This document shows, in pieces, positions 35,184-43,800 of a stretch of DNA of 64,000 nt (position 1 is the first letter of the stretch; each line of letters starts with the position of its first letter). The stretch lies in IMG/VR virus record IMGVR_UViG_3300050120_000135. One strand, given 5' to 3'. A model generated the notes under the pieces. It was not told the DNA's origin. It made no database searches and was given only the letters and a program-made list of their open reading frames with translations. The position numbers and the translations under genes are program-made. The stretch comes from a virus.

Positions 35184-35210
35184 GAGGGAGGGGTTCTTTT
35201 CCCCTCCCTC
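35184..35210. other. perfect 10-bp stem-loop between the protease/scaffold and decoration-like genes
   Basis: GAGGGAGGGG-TTCTTTT-CCCCTCCCTC. Confidence 0.45.
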
Positions 35211-35241
35211 CGGATGGAGAGAGGGCCGTTCGGTTTTTGCG

Positions 35242-37398
35242 TCAGCCCGCCTTACGGACCTTGGCAGCGTTCGGGAAGCGGCTGTTGAAGTCGCTGGTGG
35301 TGGCGCTGTCCTGCGCGATCGTGGCGTGCTGGCGCGCGCCAGGAGCCGGGATGGCGTCCCACAGGGCCTGCAGCGCCGGGAGCTCCTTGATCTTGGAGAC
35401 GTCGCGGTCCTGCATTTTGAACGCCTGACGATAGACGCCGTCGGCGCTGTCGAAGGCCATGTCGAGAACGCCGACGATCGGCTGCACGTGCGCCTTGGCC
35501 GCGGACACCGCGTTCATGCGCGCGATCGTGGCGTCGGTGTTGGCCTTCAGCGCCGCGTCCATCGCGCCCTTCGACACGAAGTCGGGCTTTTTCTTCTTTC
35601 CGTCGGGCCCGGCTTCGGGTTCGACAACAACGCCATCCTTGGCACCAGCCTTCGCCAGAGCCGCGGCCTTCGCGGCCTCGTCGTCGGGATCGCCTTCGCC
35701 CATGCCGGGCATGCCGGCAATCACGTCGTCGGGGACGCCCTTTTCCTTCAGGTAGGCACGCACGGCCTCCATGGGACCGCCGGCGTCCATCGACGTATCG
35801 TCGCCGTCGATATCGTCGTCGCTGTCGAGTTCGTTCGGGTCTCGCTCGAGGTCGCTATCCTCGACGGTCTTGTCGCCGTCGATCGACGCCATCAACTTCT
35901 CGACGCCCTCGATCACGCCGACCAAGTCGCCGTCCTGCGCCAGCTTGATCTTGCCAAGCGACTTGCGCAGCGCCTTGATGAAGTTCGGAGTCGACTCCTT
36001 GAACTTGCCGGGCTCGAACGTGCCGAGCGCGCCGGCGATATTCGGCATCGCTGCGTCCATTGCCAGCCGCGGCCGCAGGAACGCGGTCAGAGCGCCATAC
36101 GCAACGGTCGCCTTCATGCTCTTGAGTGCCATCTTCATAGTCTCCTGTTGGGGTTGCAGTGCTTCGTCAAGGGCGACGTCCGAACCGGCTCGTCCCTTTT
36201 TAACCAGGCAAACATGGTTTCCGACCATGTTGCGCATCACGCCGTCGTAGGGTTCGCCCTCGTAAGTCCCCGGCGTCATGTCCGCGTCGTATGAATAGGC
36301 GCTGGACAATTCTTTTTGCTTCTTGCTGTCGACGTGATCGCGGCCGTCGCGCGACCAGACTGCAAGGCTGTTGAACAGATACGGGTGCTGGTACTCGGCT
36401 TCGGAGCCGACGGTGCCGACCGTGATATCGCCATCGTGCTCGTCGGCCGAATGCGGCACGTGTCGATCGAGCAGCGGCAGATTGTGAAACGTCGAGGCTG
36501 CCTTCTTGATCTCGTCTGGATGGCGCAGCAACCGGTAGACCCTGCCGGGATCCAGGCCGAGCTCGTTACCCTTCGGGATCTCGCGGCCGTAATACGGATT
36601 GATGCCGGCCTTGGTGATCGGCGCGCGCTTGACGTGCAGCCGCTCGAACCCGTCGACGTTGCGGCCCTGCGACGTGTCTCGATCGAACGCCAGCTTGACC
36701 AGCACCCCCCGGCGCAGATCCTCCAGCCCTTCCGGCGCCCGGTCGAACGCCAGCTCCGGACCGCGGATGCCGGCGATATCGGCCGCCAAAGCGGCGAACG
36801 CCGCGTCCATGGCGCCAAGGCCGGGCTTCATGGGCCAATCGTTCGTGGGGGATATCCCCGACCCGCCGCAGCCAGCGCACCCACGGCCGTTACAAGCTGC
36901 GTGGACGCCGTCCTGCGCCGTATCGTCGGGGTCGTCGATCGCGGCCCACTCGGCAAGTTCCTCGCCGTCGGTGACATTTCGCTCGTCGATCGTCTTCAGC
37001 ACCGCCGGATGCATGGGCTTGGGCAGCATGTCGATCATGGCCCACGTGTAGCCCGTATGCTCGCCGTCGTTCAGCAGCGGAGCGAAGCGCTCGTCGACCG
37101 CCTGCGCGAACGTATGAAACACCATCCCGTTCGGGGTCTTGCGCTGGTCGAGCAGCCGGCGATCGCCGATCGGCGCTGTGCCACCGGTTTCCTCGGCCGC
37201 CTCGCGCTCCGCGCCGCGCAAGATGGACTCGCCGTCGTCGACCTTGCCACCAGGCAGGCACCAGTGCCCCGCATAGTTCTCCTCGGCCGGCGATCGGTGC
37301 AGGAACAGCATCGAGCCGTCCGGCGCCACGAACAGCGTACCCGCGGCATGGCCTTTCGCGCCGGCCTGGTCGACCAGCTGCGGCTTCTTGATCGCCAT
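35242..37398 (-). CDS. Nudix hydrolase fused to DUF2213-like prohead protease/scaffold protein
   Basis: GAGGTG RBS before MAIKKPQLV. Perfect Nudix box GGKVDDGESILRGAEREAAEETGG. The middle region (PITKAGINPYYGREIP...LSSAYSY...YDGVMRNMVGNHVCLVKKGRAG) is DUF2213-like. The C-terminus is acidic and helical. Confidence 0.85.
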   Translation of the reverse strand: MAIKKPQLVDQAGAKGHAAGTLFVAPDGSMLFLHRSPAEENYAGHWCLPGGKVDDGESILRGAEREAAEETGGTAPIGDRRLLDQRKTPNGMVFHTFAQAVDERFAPLLNDGEHTGYTWAMIDMLPKPMHPAVLKTIDERNVTDGEELAEWAAIDDPDDTAQDGVHAACNGRGCAGCGGSGISPTNDWPMKPGLGAMDAAFAALAADIAGIRGPELAFDRAPEGLEDLRRGVLVKLAFDRDTSQGRNVDGFERLHVKRAPITKAGINPYYGREIPKGNELGLDPGRVYRLLRHPDEIKKAASTFHNLPLLDRHVPHSADEHDGDITVGTVGSEAEYQHPYLFNSLAVWSRDGRDHVDSKKQKELSSAYSYDADMTPGTYEGEPYDGVMRNMVGNHVCLVKKGRAGSDVALDEALQPQQETMKMALKSMKATVAYGALTAFLRPRLAMDAAMPNIAGALGTFEPGKFKESTPNFIKALRKSLGKIKLAQDGDLVGVIEGVEKLMASIDGDKTVEDSDLERDPNELDSDDDIDGDDTSMDAGGPMEAVRAYLKEKGVPDDVIAGMPGMGEGDPDDEAAKAAALAKAGAKDGVVVEPEAGPDGKKKKPDFVSKGAMDAALKANTDATIARMNAVSAAKAHVQPIVGVLDMAFDSADGVYRQAFKMQDRDVSKIKELPALQALWDAIPAPGARQHATIAQDSATTSDFNSRFPNAAKVRKAG
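36979..37353 (-). other. Nudix domain of the protease/scaffold fusion
   Basis: The Nudix box lies at 37180..37251 (Gx5Ex7REUxEExGU fully satisfied). Confidence 0.85.
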
Positions 37399-37548
37399 CG
37401 GGCACCTCATGGAATTGGTGCCGGCGGGCGGGGCTAACCCACTCTGCGCGCCCCGTCGGGCCTCGCCGGCAAAGCCTGTGCGCGTCACGCGCGGCTGAAG
37501 TGAGGAAGCACCAAGCCGCCGTCTAAGCCGGCGAACCGGCCACGCACA

Positions 37549-37986
37549 TTACCTCAGAATATCAACCTTCAGGATAACCCCGGTCTCCCGGCGCCCCTGT
37601 CGCGCAGCTATCGTGCGCATAGCCTTATTGTTGACGTGCGTCGCCGACTGAATCGAGCGGACGTTCGGCAGGCCCTGCGCGTGACCGACTAATTCGTTCC
37701 ACATCGCGCTGTAGACGCCGCGACCGCGGAATTCCGGCAGGACGTAAGACTGATGCACCCAAATTCGCGCAGCATCGACGTCCCACGTGATGACGCCGAC
37801 AGGCAGGACGTCGCGACCGTTCTGCGCATAACCGACAAAGGCGTTCAGATTTGCGCCCATGTTCAGCTCGCCGTCGCTGAGACCATTCTCGACGTTTTCA
37901 AGCCACCCACGAACCGCGAGCTCGGCCGCCGGCGTGCTGTTGATGCCCTCGATCAGCTCGACGCGCAACGGTACCGGTAGGTTCAT
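37549..37986 (-). CDS. GNAT family N-acetyltransferase
   Basis: 145 aa. VHQSYVLPEFRGRGVYSAMWNELV...NNKAMRTIAARQG is the acetyl-CoA binding core. Confidence 0.8.
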   Translation of the reverse strand: MNLPVPLRVELIEGINSTPAAELAVRGWLENVENGLSDGELNMGANLNAFVGYAQNGRDVLPVGVITWDVDAARIWVHQSYVLPEFRGRGVYSAMWNELVGHAQGLPNVRSIQSATHVNNKAMRTIAARQGRRETGVILKVDILR

Positions 37987-38147
37987 AGCCTGCCGAGCAA
38001 CAGCAGGATGATAAGGATCACGACGACCAGGCCGAGCCCGCCGCCGAGATATGGACCGCGGCCGTAGAACGGTCCGCCACCGATACCGCTGAAGCCGCCG
38101 AGCAGCAGGATAATCACGATGATGAGTAGAATGGTTCCGAGCGACAT
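37983..38147 (-). CDS. DUF3309-like small membrane protein (54 aa)
   Basis: Not in the ORF track (under 60 aa). GGAAGGA RBS upstream. MSLGTILLIIVIILLLGGFSGIGGGPFYGRGPYLGGGLGLVVVILIILLLLGRL. ATGA-coupled to the GNAT gene. Confidence 0.65.
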   Translation of the reverse strand: MSLGTILLIIVIILLLGGFSGIGGGPFYGRGPYLGGGLGLVVVILIILLLLGRL

Positions 38148-38167
38148 GGTCGTTTCCTTCCGGGGGG

Positions 38168-38362
38168 TTACTCGAGTCTGCCTTTGCCGATCGGCGCCGA
38201 CAACAGGTCCTGCTCGAACTTTTTCTGCGGCATCTTCTTTCGAGCCTCGAGATCCTTGATAGCTTCGCGCATTTGCGCGGCAGTCACGCCCTTCGGCGGC
38301 ACCGGTATATCAGCAGCGATCGCTGGCGCAGCCAGCAGCAACAGGATGGCAATTACGTGCAT
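38168..38362 (-). CDS. small secreted protein (64 aa)
   Basis: Signal peptide MHVIAILLLLAAPAIAA|D. Confidence 0.55.
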   Translation of the reverse strand: MHVIAILLLLAAPAIAADIPVPPKGVTAAQMREAIKDLEARKKMPQKKFEQDLLSAPIGKGRLE

Positions 38363-38366
38363 GGTT

Positions 38367-38558
38367 TCAGCCTGCGTTGTCGCGGTGCTGCACGACGACG
38401 GCGCCGCTGCCCTGCATGCGTTCCATGTTCTCGCGGTGCGATCGCTTGTCGTTGCGGTCGATCAGCCGATAGACCACGACGGCGATCGTTAGGCCCACGA
38501 CCATTGCCGCGATCGGCCAGCTCTCCGAAATAATCTTCAGCGCTTCCATCCTGCTCAA
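38367..38558 (-). CDS. small single-pass membrane protein (63 aa)
   Basis: TM helix WPIAAMVVGLTIAVVVY. Confidence 0.55.
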   Translation of the reverse strand: MSRMEALKIISESWPIAAMVVGLTIAVVVYRLIDRNDKRSHRENMERMQGSGAVVVQHRDNAG

Positions 38559-38899
38559 TCCTGCGTTTCGTGGGCGAAGGGATCGGCAACATGCTCCGGA
38601 ATCGGCGGCATGGCAACTATGTCCGAGCGCCCGTGCCAGCTATCGCAGCAGAATTGAATGCGACCGTCGGCAATGATGTAGTGGCAAACCAGGTCCCGTT
38701 TGCTCTCCCGCGCTTCGGCCGAGCCCGGCTCTCCGGGCCATCGGGCGAATGTCTGCTTGAAGCTCGGTTCGAACGACGGGCGCGTGACGTTGCCGTTGAA
38801 CTTCCATCCGTCAGGCAGCGGGTGCATTTCCTCGCACGCCGGGCACCAGTGAAAATACCGGCTCCGGCCTCGACGAAGGATGGCGCTGACCTGGCTCAT
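38555..38899 (-). CDS. Cys/His-rich protein (114 aa), DUF6527-like, paralog of next gene
   Basis: HWCPAC...WKFNGNVTRPSFEPSF...CHYIIADGRIQFCCDSWHG. Confidence 0.6.
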   Translation of the reverse strand: MSQVSAILRRGRSRYFHWCPACEEMHPLPDGWKFNGNVTRPSFEPSFKQTFARWPGEPGSAEARESKRDLVCHYIIADGRIQFCCDSWHGRSDIVAMPPIPEHVADPFAHETQD

Positions 38900-39207
38900 G
38901 CCTTCAGCTCCGGCTCGTCCGTCTTCTGCACCGAGACACAGCGGCCGGCTTCAATATAACCGTGCCAGCATCCATTGCAGTTGATCGACGGCGAGAATGT
39001 CGGCTTATCGCGATCGCCGTTCCAGTCCCACTGCGCGATACCGCCGTTCAACCCTTGGCCGTCGCGCTTCAGCGACGTCTTGCCGGCGATCACGAGACCC
39101 TCGCAACGATGGCCGCGCAGCGGGCACTTAAATCCGAATCGCTGCTCTTGACCTGGTGTTGCGGGTTCGAAGTCGATCGTCTCGAACTGCACCTTGGCGT
39201 CGCTCAT
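38896..39207 (-). CDS. Cys/His-rich protein (103 aa), DUF6527-like
   Basis: WDWNGDRDKPTFSPSINCNGCWHGYIEAGRC. ATGA-coupled to the MuF gene. Confidence 0.6.
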   Translation of the reverse strand: MSDAKVQFETIDFEPATPGQEQRFGFKCPLRGHRCEGLVIAGKTSLKRDGQGLNGGIAQWDWNGDRDKPTFSPSINCNGCWHGYIEAGRCVSVQKTDEPELKA

Positions 39208-40031
39208 GAGAACCCCGCAATAACCGAGATCGAAACGCACCGGCAGTTCGGCAGCTCGCCGGGGATGATCCACTTCTTGACGTGCGGGTCGAACCAGCCT
39301 TTAGCGACGTCGTACAGCTTGCCGTTGTTCGCAACATGCGTCGGCCGCGGATGCTTGCCGGCGCCGCTATGGCGCCACTTCGCCTTCGTGATGCCGAGCT
39401 CCGTCTGCCGCGCGCGGTTCATGGCGCTGGTGGCAAGATTGTTCTGGCTCCTCGCAATGAACGCCGCGCGCCGTTTCGTGACGCCGTAGTTTTTCTCCAG
39501 CTCCTTCGCCAGATAGCCCATGTCACGGCCGCGCTGAACGGAGCGCATCACCATGCCCTCGACGTTCTTCAGGTACTGCTCCGGAATCGACTTGATGAGC
39601 GCTACGTTCTGCGCGCGGGTTGCGTTGAAGACGTCCCGCATGGGGCGCGTCATCTTGAACTTCACGCTGAAGCCACCGTCTCGCAGGATTTTGCGCAGCG
39701 CCGCGTCAGTGCGATCGCTCACCGCTCCCGTGAAGAAGTCCGCCAGATCCCACGCTGCTCGATCGAAGTTCTTCTGCCACCGGCGCACCAGCGCCCGGAT
39801 GGTCCGCGTGAGTTCGTTCGCCGGCAGGATATCGTCCATCGCCAGCAACGGCTCGTTGTTCTTGTAGCGCTTCAATACCCAAAACCTAACCGAGCGGTCC
39901 ATTTCCGCGATCAGCTTCTCCAGCTTCACGCGATAGGCGGCCTGCAAGCCTGCGTTCGGGTGCAGCGGCCGGAGAACGATCTCCTTGCCGCGAACCGGCT
40001 TGACTTCAGTTGCTCGAAACGTCCCGTGCAT
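39204..40031 (-). CDS. phage head morphogenesis protein (Mu F / SPP1 gp7 family)
   Basis: C-terminal KWRHSGAGKHPRPTHVANNGKLY...IPGELPNCRC. The start is uncertain (the ORF extends to 40130). Confidence 0.8.
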   Translation of the reverse strand: MHGTFRATEVKPVRGKEIVLRPLHPNAGLQAAYRVKLEKLIAEMDRSVRFWVLKRYKNNEPLLAMDDILPANELTRTIRALVRRWQKNFDRAAWDLADFFTGAVSDRTDAALRKILRDGGFSVKFKMTRPMRDVFNATRAQNVALIKSIPEQYLKNVEGMVMRSVQRGRDMGYLAKELEKNYGVTKRRAAFIARSQNNLATSAMNRARQTELGITKAKWRHSGAGKHPRPTHVANNGKLYDVAKGWFDPHVKKWIIPGELPNCRCVSISVIAGFS

Positions 40032-40212
40032 CGAGCTCTCCCGCGATCGAGCGCATCTCGCTGCGCGTCTGCTCGGCGATCGACAGCCCCTTGCGAATTG
40101 CGGTGCGCGCCTGGTCAGGGTGACCGCCATCGAAATGCCTGGCTGCAGTCTCGAACAGCTTCTTCACCTGGTCGACGTAGCCGGCGTCGATCGCGTCGGC
40201 CGCGCTAACCAT
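40006..40212 (-). CDS. hypothetical protein (68 aa)
   Basis: ORF track entry. Helical composition. Confidence 0.45.
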   Translation of the reverse strand: MVSAADAIDAGYVDQVKKLFETAARHFDGGHPDQARTAIRKGLSIAEQTRSEMRSIAGELDARDVSSN

Positions 40213-40468
40213 CCTTCCGAAACGATTCCGACGAACTGCCGGAACCCTCCCCGTTTTTTGAGTTCGAGCCCTCCAGCTCGGACAGCGCCGCTTCCATCTC
40301 GGCCAAGCCGCCTTCGACGTCGTCGAGATTCTCGCGGTGCTTGGCGAACACCGTCTCGCCGCGCCGGCGCAGATCCTCGCGCCGCGCCATCAGTTCGGTG
40401 GCCTGGTCGTCGAAGTTCTTCAGGTCGCCCTTAATCGCCGCGGCGAGCTCGCGAAACTTACCGGCCAT
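40205..40468 (-). CDS. coiled-coil hypothetical protein (87 aa)
   Basis: Internal ATG MAGKFRELAAAIKG... of ORF 40205..40558. Confidence 0.45.
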   Translation of the reverse strand: MAGKFRELAAAIKGDLKNFDDQATELMARREDLRRRGETVFAKHRENLDDVEGGLAEMEAALSELEGSNSKNGEGSGSSSESFRKDG

Positions 40469-40703
40469 CGTGATGCGTCCTTTGTGTCGGTCGATTGTGC
40501 GCGACAGGTGCAGGTCGAGCAGCTGCGCCAGCAGCAAGCATGGTTCGGGCTTCGGCAATGGGAATTCCCATCATGCGCGCGACCTTGACGACTTCCCGAT
40601 TCTGCTGGCGCCAAATCTCCTCGCGAGCGTTCTGGCGTTCACGAGGACCCGGGTGCCGCACAATACGCGGCGTCAGCTGGCGCTTTGCCGACTTCGCGAC
40701 CAT
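40458..40703 (-). CDS. hypothetical protein (81 aa)
   Basis: ORF track entry. Basic N-terminus. The C-terminal composition is doubtful. Confidence 0.35.
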   Translation of the reverse strand: MVAKSAKRQLTPRIVRHPGPRERQNAREEIWRQQNREVVKVARMMGIPIAEARTMLAAGAAARPAPVAHNRPTQRTHHDGR

Positions 40704-40876
40704 CAGTTTTCCTCGGCGTCGTCCTTCGGAGTGCCGCGCTCGCGCTTCACAGGCCGGCCAAGCTCGTCGACGATCTCCGGCTGAAACGGCGGGTCGCCTT
40801 CGTTGACGCGGTTCAGCGTCCCGTCATCGAGCATGCCGGGGGCGCGATCGTCAGGTTCGCGTGGCGACTTTGCCAT
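40703..40876 (-). CDS. hypothetical acidic protein (57 aa)
   Basis: The ATG lies 3 nt after the portal-fusion stop. Not in the ORF track (under 60 aa). Confidence 0.35.
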   Translation of the reverse strand: MAKSPREPDDRAPGMLDDGTLNRVNEGDPPFQPEIVDELGRPVKRERGTPKDDAEEN

Positions 40877-40878
40877 CT

Positions 40879-43800
40879 TCAGACTTCCTGCAGCACGATG
40901 TTGTTGCCGCTGCGCGAGACCACCTTGAACCTCGAGCCGGACTTGAACAGAACCTCGGCCTCGCTCGGGTGCGAGGACAGCTTCTGAATGTCCTTACCAT
41001 TCTTGCCGTGAACGGTAAAGTTGTGGTCTCCGGACCACGTCCCCTGATTTTTGCTCGTGCTCATGAAGCCACGCTCCTCGACCACGTAGCCGACTTCGTA
41101 AAGCGCTGACTGCTGACTATCGAGCGATGCCTTTCGATAGGTCGTCTCGTTGTGCGACGGCAGCTTGTCGAGACCGGCGTTCAGCGAACGCCTGAACTTG
41201 TCCTGTGCTTCGGTCATCTTGCCCGCGCGCAGCTGGTTGTTGACCGAGACGTAGTGCGAGCCACTGTAAGCGATGATCGGCACCGCATCAGCGGCCGTCA
41301 TGTACTTCGTCAGGCCCGCGCTCTTGACCTTGTTGAAGGCGGACTTGATGTACGCTTCGCTCGCCTTCGCCCCGCCGAACATCGCCTCGGCCGCCTCATA
41401 GTGCAGCTTCAGCGCCGGATCTTTGTCGAACTCGGCCTGGAGCTCGGCTTTGTCCTTCGCCAGCTTTGCCTCGGCTTTTTTCTTGGCGTCCTCGACTGCC
41501 TTCTTCTCGGTTGCGGCCTTCTCGGCTTTCGATGCGGAATCGTACTCGGCCTGCACCTTCGGCAGCATCGCCGTCAGGTCCTTGTAGTCCTGCACCTTCT
41601 GGTTCAGCTGCTCCGGCGTGAGATCGTTCTTGCCAGCGTACTTGTCGTTGAACTCCTTGATGAGCGTCACGCCGGCGGGTGCGCTGGTGCTGATCGGCAG
41701 CGTGGTCGACTTCGCGGCCTTCTTCAGCTCGGCCTCGGTTGCCTTCGGCGCCTTCGACTTTTCGCTGATGGCGCCGGGCGCCACCTTCGCGATCGCGGCC
41801 TTGCCAGCGGGAGAAGCAGCGTCGACGAACTTCTCGGCCCATGCCGGATTGTACTTCAGCAGGCCCTCGATCGCGTAGGCGTCCTTTTTGTCGACAGCGT
41901 CGGCGATCGCGCCGAGAAACGCGGGGTAGTCCTTCGGCGGCGTGTACGTCGCGCCCTCGGCCGGCTTCGGCGCTTCATTCAGCTTCGGCGCCGGCTTGCC
42001 AGCCATCGCAGCGAGACCCGCGTCCGCCTGCTTCTTCTCGGCGACCTGCTTGCTGATCTTGTCCTGCTGCGCGGCCTTTTCCGCTGCGAGCTCCTCGGCC
42101 GACATCTTCGTACCGAAATACTTGCCGTCCTTTTTCTCCAGCTTCATGCCGAGCGACTTGGCCTGGGCCGGCATCGAGACCGACGGCCAGCCCATGGTCG
42201 TCATCAGCTCCTTCGGTGTGACGCCGTTGGTCAACAGGTGCGCAATGTGTTCCTTCTTGGTCTTGAACTGCGATGCGGCAGCCTTCGACGCGTTCAGCGC
42301 TGCAGTGTCCGGATGATCGGGGTGACCGGGCAACAGCAGGTTCTCGAGCTCGTCGACGCTGTTGTCTTCCTTCTTCGCAGCGCCGGAGCCACCACCAGAG
42401 CCGAATTTACCATCCGGACTGCGCGGGTGCTTGCTCTCGTCGAACTGGCCCTCGTCCATAGCGAAGACGTCGGGTGCTACCTCGGTCATACCCTCGTCGT
42501 CGTCGCCCGCAAGCGGGCTGAACAGAATGTCCTGCGCGCGCTCGCCCTTCTTCTTGCGTCGGCGCATCGCTGCGATCGGAATGCCTGCGCTCGGCGCGGT
42601 AACGAGCTCGGCCTGGTCGAGCGCTGCCTCCATGATGGCGACGTCAGCGTCTTCGTCCTGCGCGATCGAGAACCGCCTCGCCATGTCCTGCTTGCGCGCG
42701 ATCAGCCGATCGGCCAGCGCCTTGTCATCACCGACGGCGCTCCGGATCTTGTCGTCGGGTATCGACGTGACGCGCTCGATCGAGGACTTCAGGTCCGCGT
42801 CCGACATCGAGCCGAACAGCCGGGCAGCGTCCGGCGACATGCTCTTGTCGCGCATGGTGTCGAGCTCGGTCACCTTGTCGCCGAACGCGTTGCCCTTCGG
42901 GCCGCCCTGTGCGCGGTATCGCAGCGAACCGCCGACGTCGAGCGTGTGCGGCTTGCCGGCCATCATGCCTTGGTTATCACCACCGGTGCCGGCAGCATCC
43001 CAATTCGACAACCACGCGTGCACGGCGAAGTCGGCAGCTGCTGCCTTCTTCTCCTCGGCCGAGAATTTGCTGATGTTGTTCTTGTCGAGGTCCTGCCACG
43101 CAGTCACGACGTGATCGGGCCCGGCCTCGCGATAGTCCAGCGTATTGACGCCGGCCAGCTTATACAGCTTGGCCGCGGTCTTCTCGTTGGTGACGTGGTC
43201 TTTGGTGGCGGGCTTCTTGACGTAGAACTTCTCGCCCGCGTCGTTGGCGTAGACGCCGCCCTCGTTGCTACCGAGCTTGCCGCCCTGCTTCTTCAGCTTC
43301 GACACGTTCAGCGGGTAAGACGAACTCTGCGAGGACCGCGACGCACCGGGCTTTGTCGATCGCGACTTGCCAGCCGTCGACGACTTCAGCGTCGTACCAC
43401 CGCCCCCCGACCCAAACTTGCCGTCGTCCGCTCGTGGATGGTCGCCTTCGGTCCATTCGTCACCTGCCAGTGCGGCCTCGATCATGGCCTCGTCGGTTGC
43501 GACCGTGCGGTCGGGCTCCTCGCCCCCGCCTTCTCCACCACCGTCCCCGCCGCCGCCAAACGGGTCTTCACTGCCGCCTGTCGGCTGCTCCGGCACGTCG
43601 TCGGGGTTGATATCCGAATACCGCGAGTCCGGCTGCGCGGCAACGGCCTTGCGAACCTCGCCCGGGTCGAGCACGCCGCTATCAATGCGGACCTGGTCGG
43701 TCTCGGCTTCGATCTTGTCAATCTCGGCCTTCTCCTTGTCGGTCATCGACCAGAGCGGCTCGAACTCGAACGTGATCTCCTCGTCAATCTCGCCCCACAG

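Noticed and set aside
35038-37437. Long plus-strand ORFs (35038..36294, 36316..37437) antisense to the Nudix-protease/scaffold gene
   Set aside because: The translations are Arg/Gly/Val-rich and low in information. The opposite strand carries a perfect Nudix box and DUF2213-like motifs.
37549-38147. GNAT plus adjacent small gene as a GNAT-type toxin-antitoxin pair (TacT/AtaT-like)
   Set aside because: The neighbouring small gene is a DUF3309-like double-TM peptide, not an RHH/DUF1778-type antitoxin. The GNAT is shorter than, and unlike, what I recall of tRNA-acetylating toxins. It is kept only as part of the accessory island.
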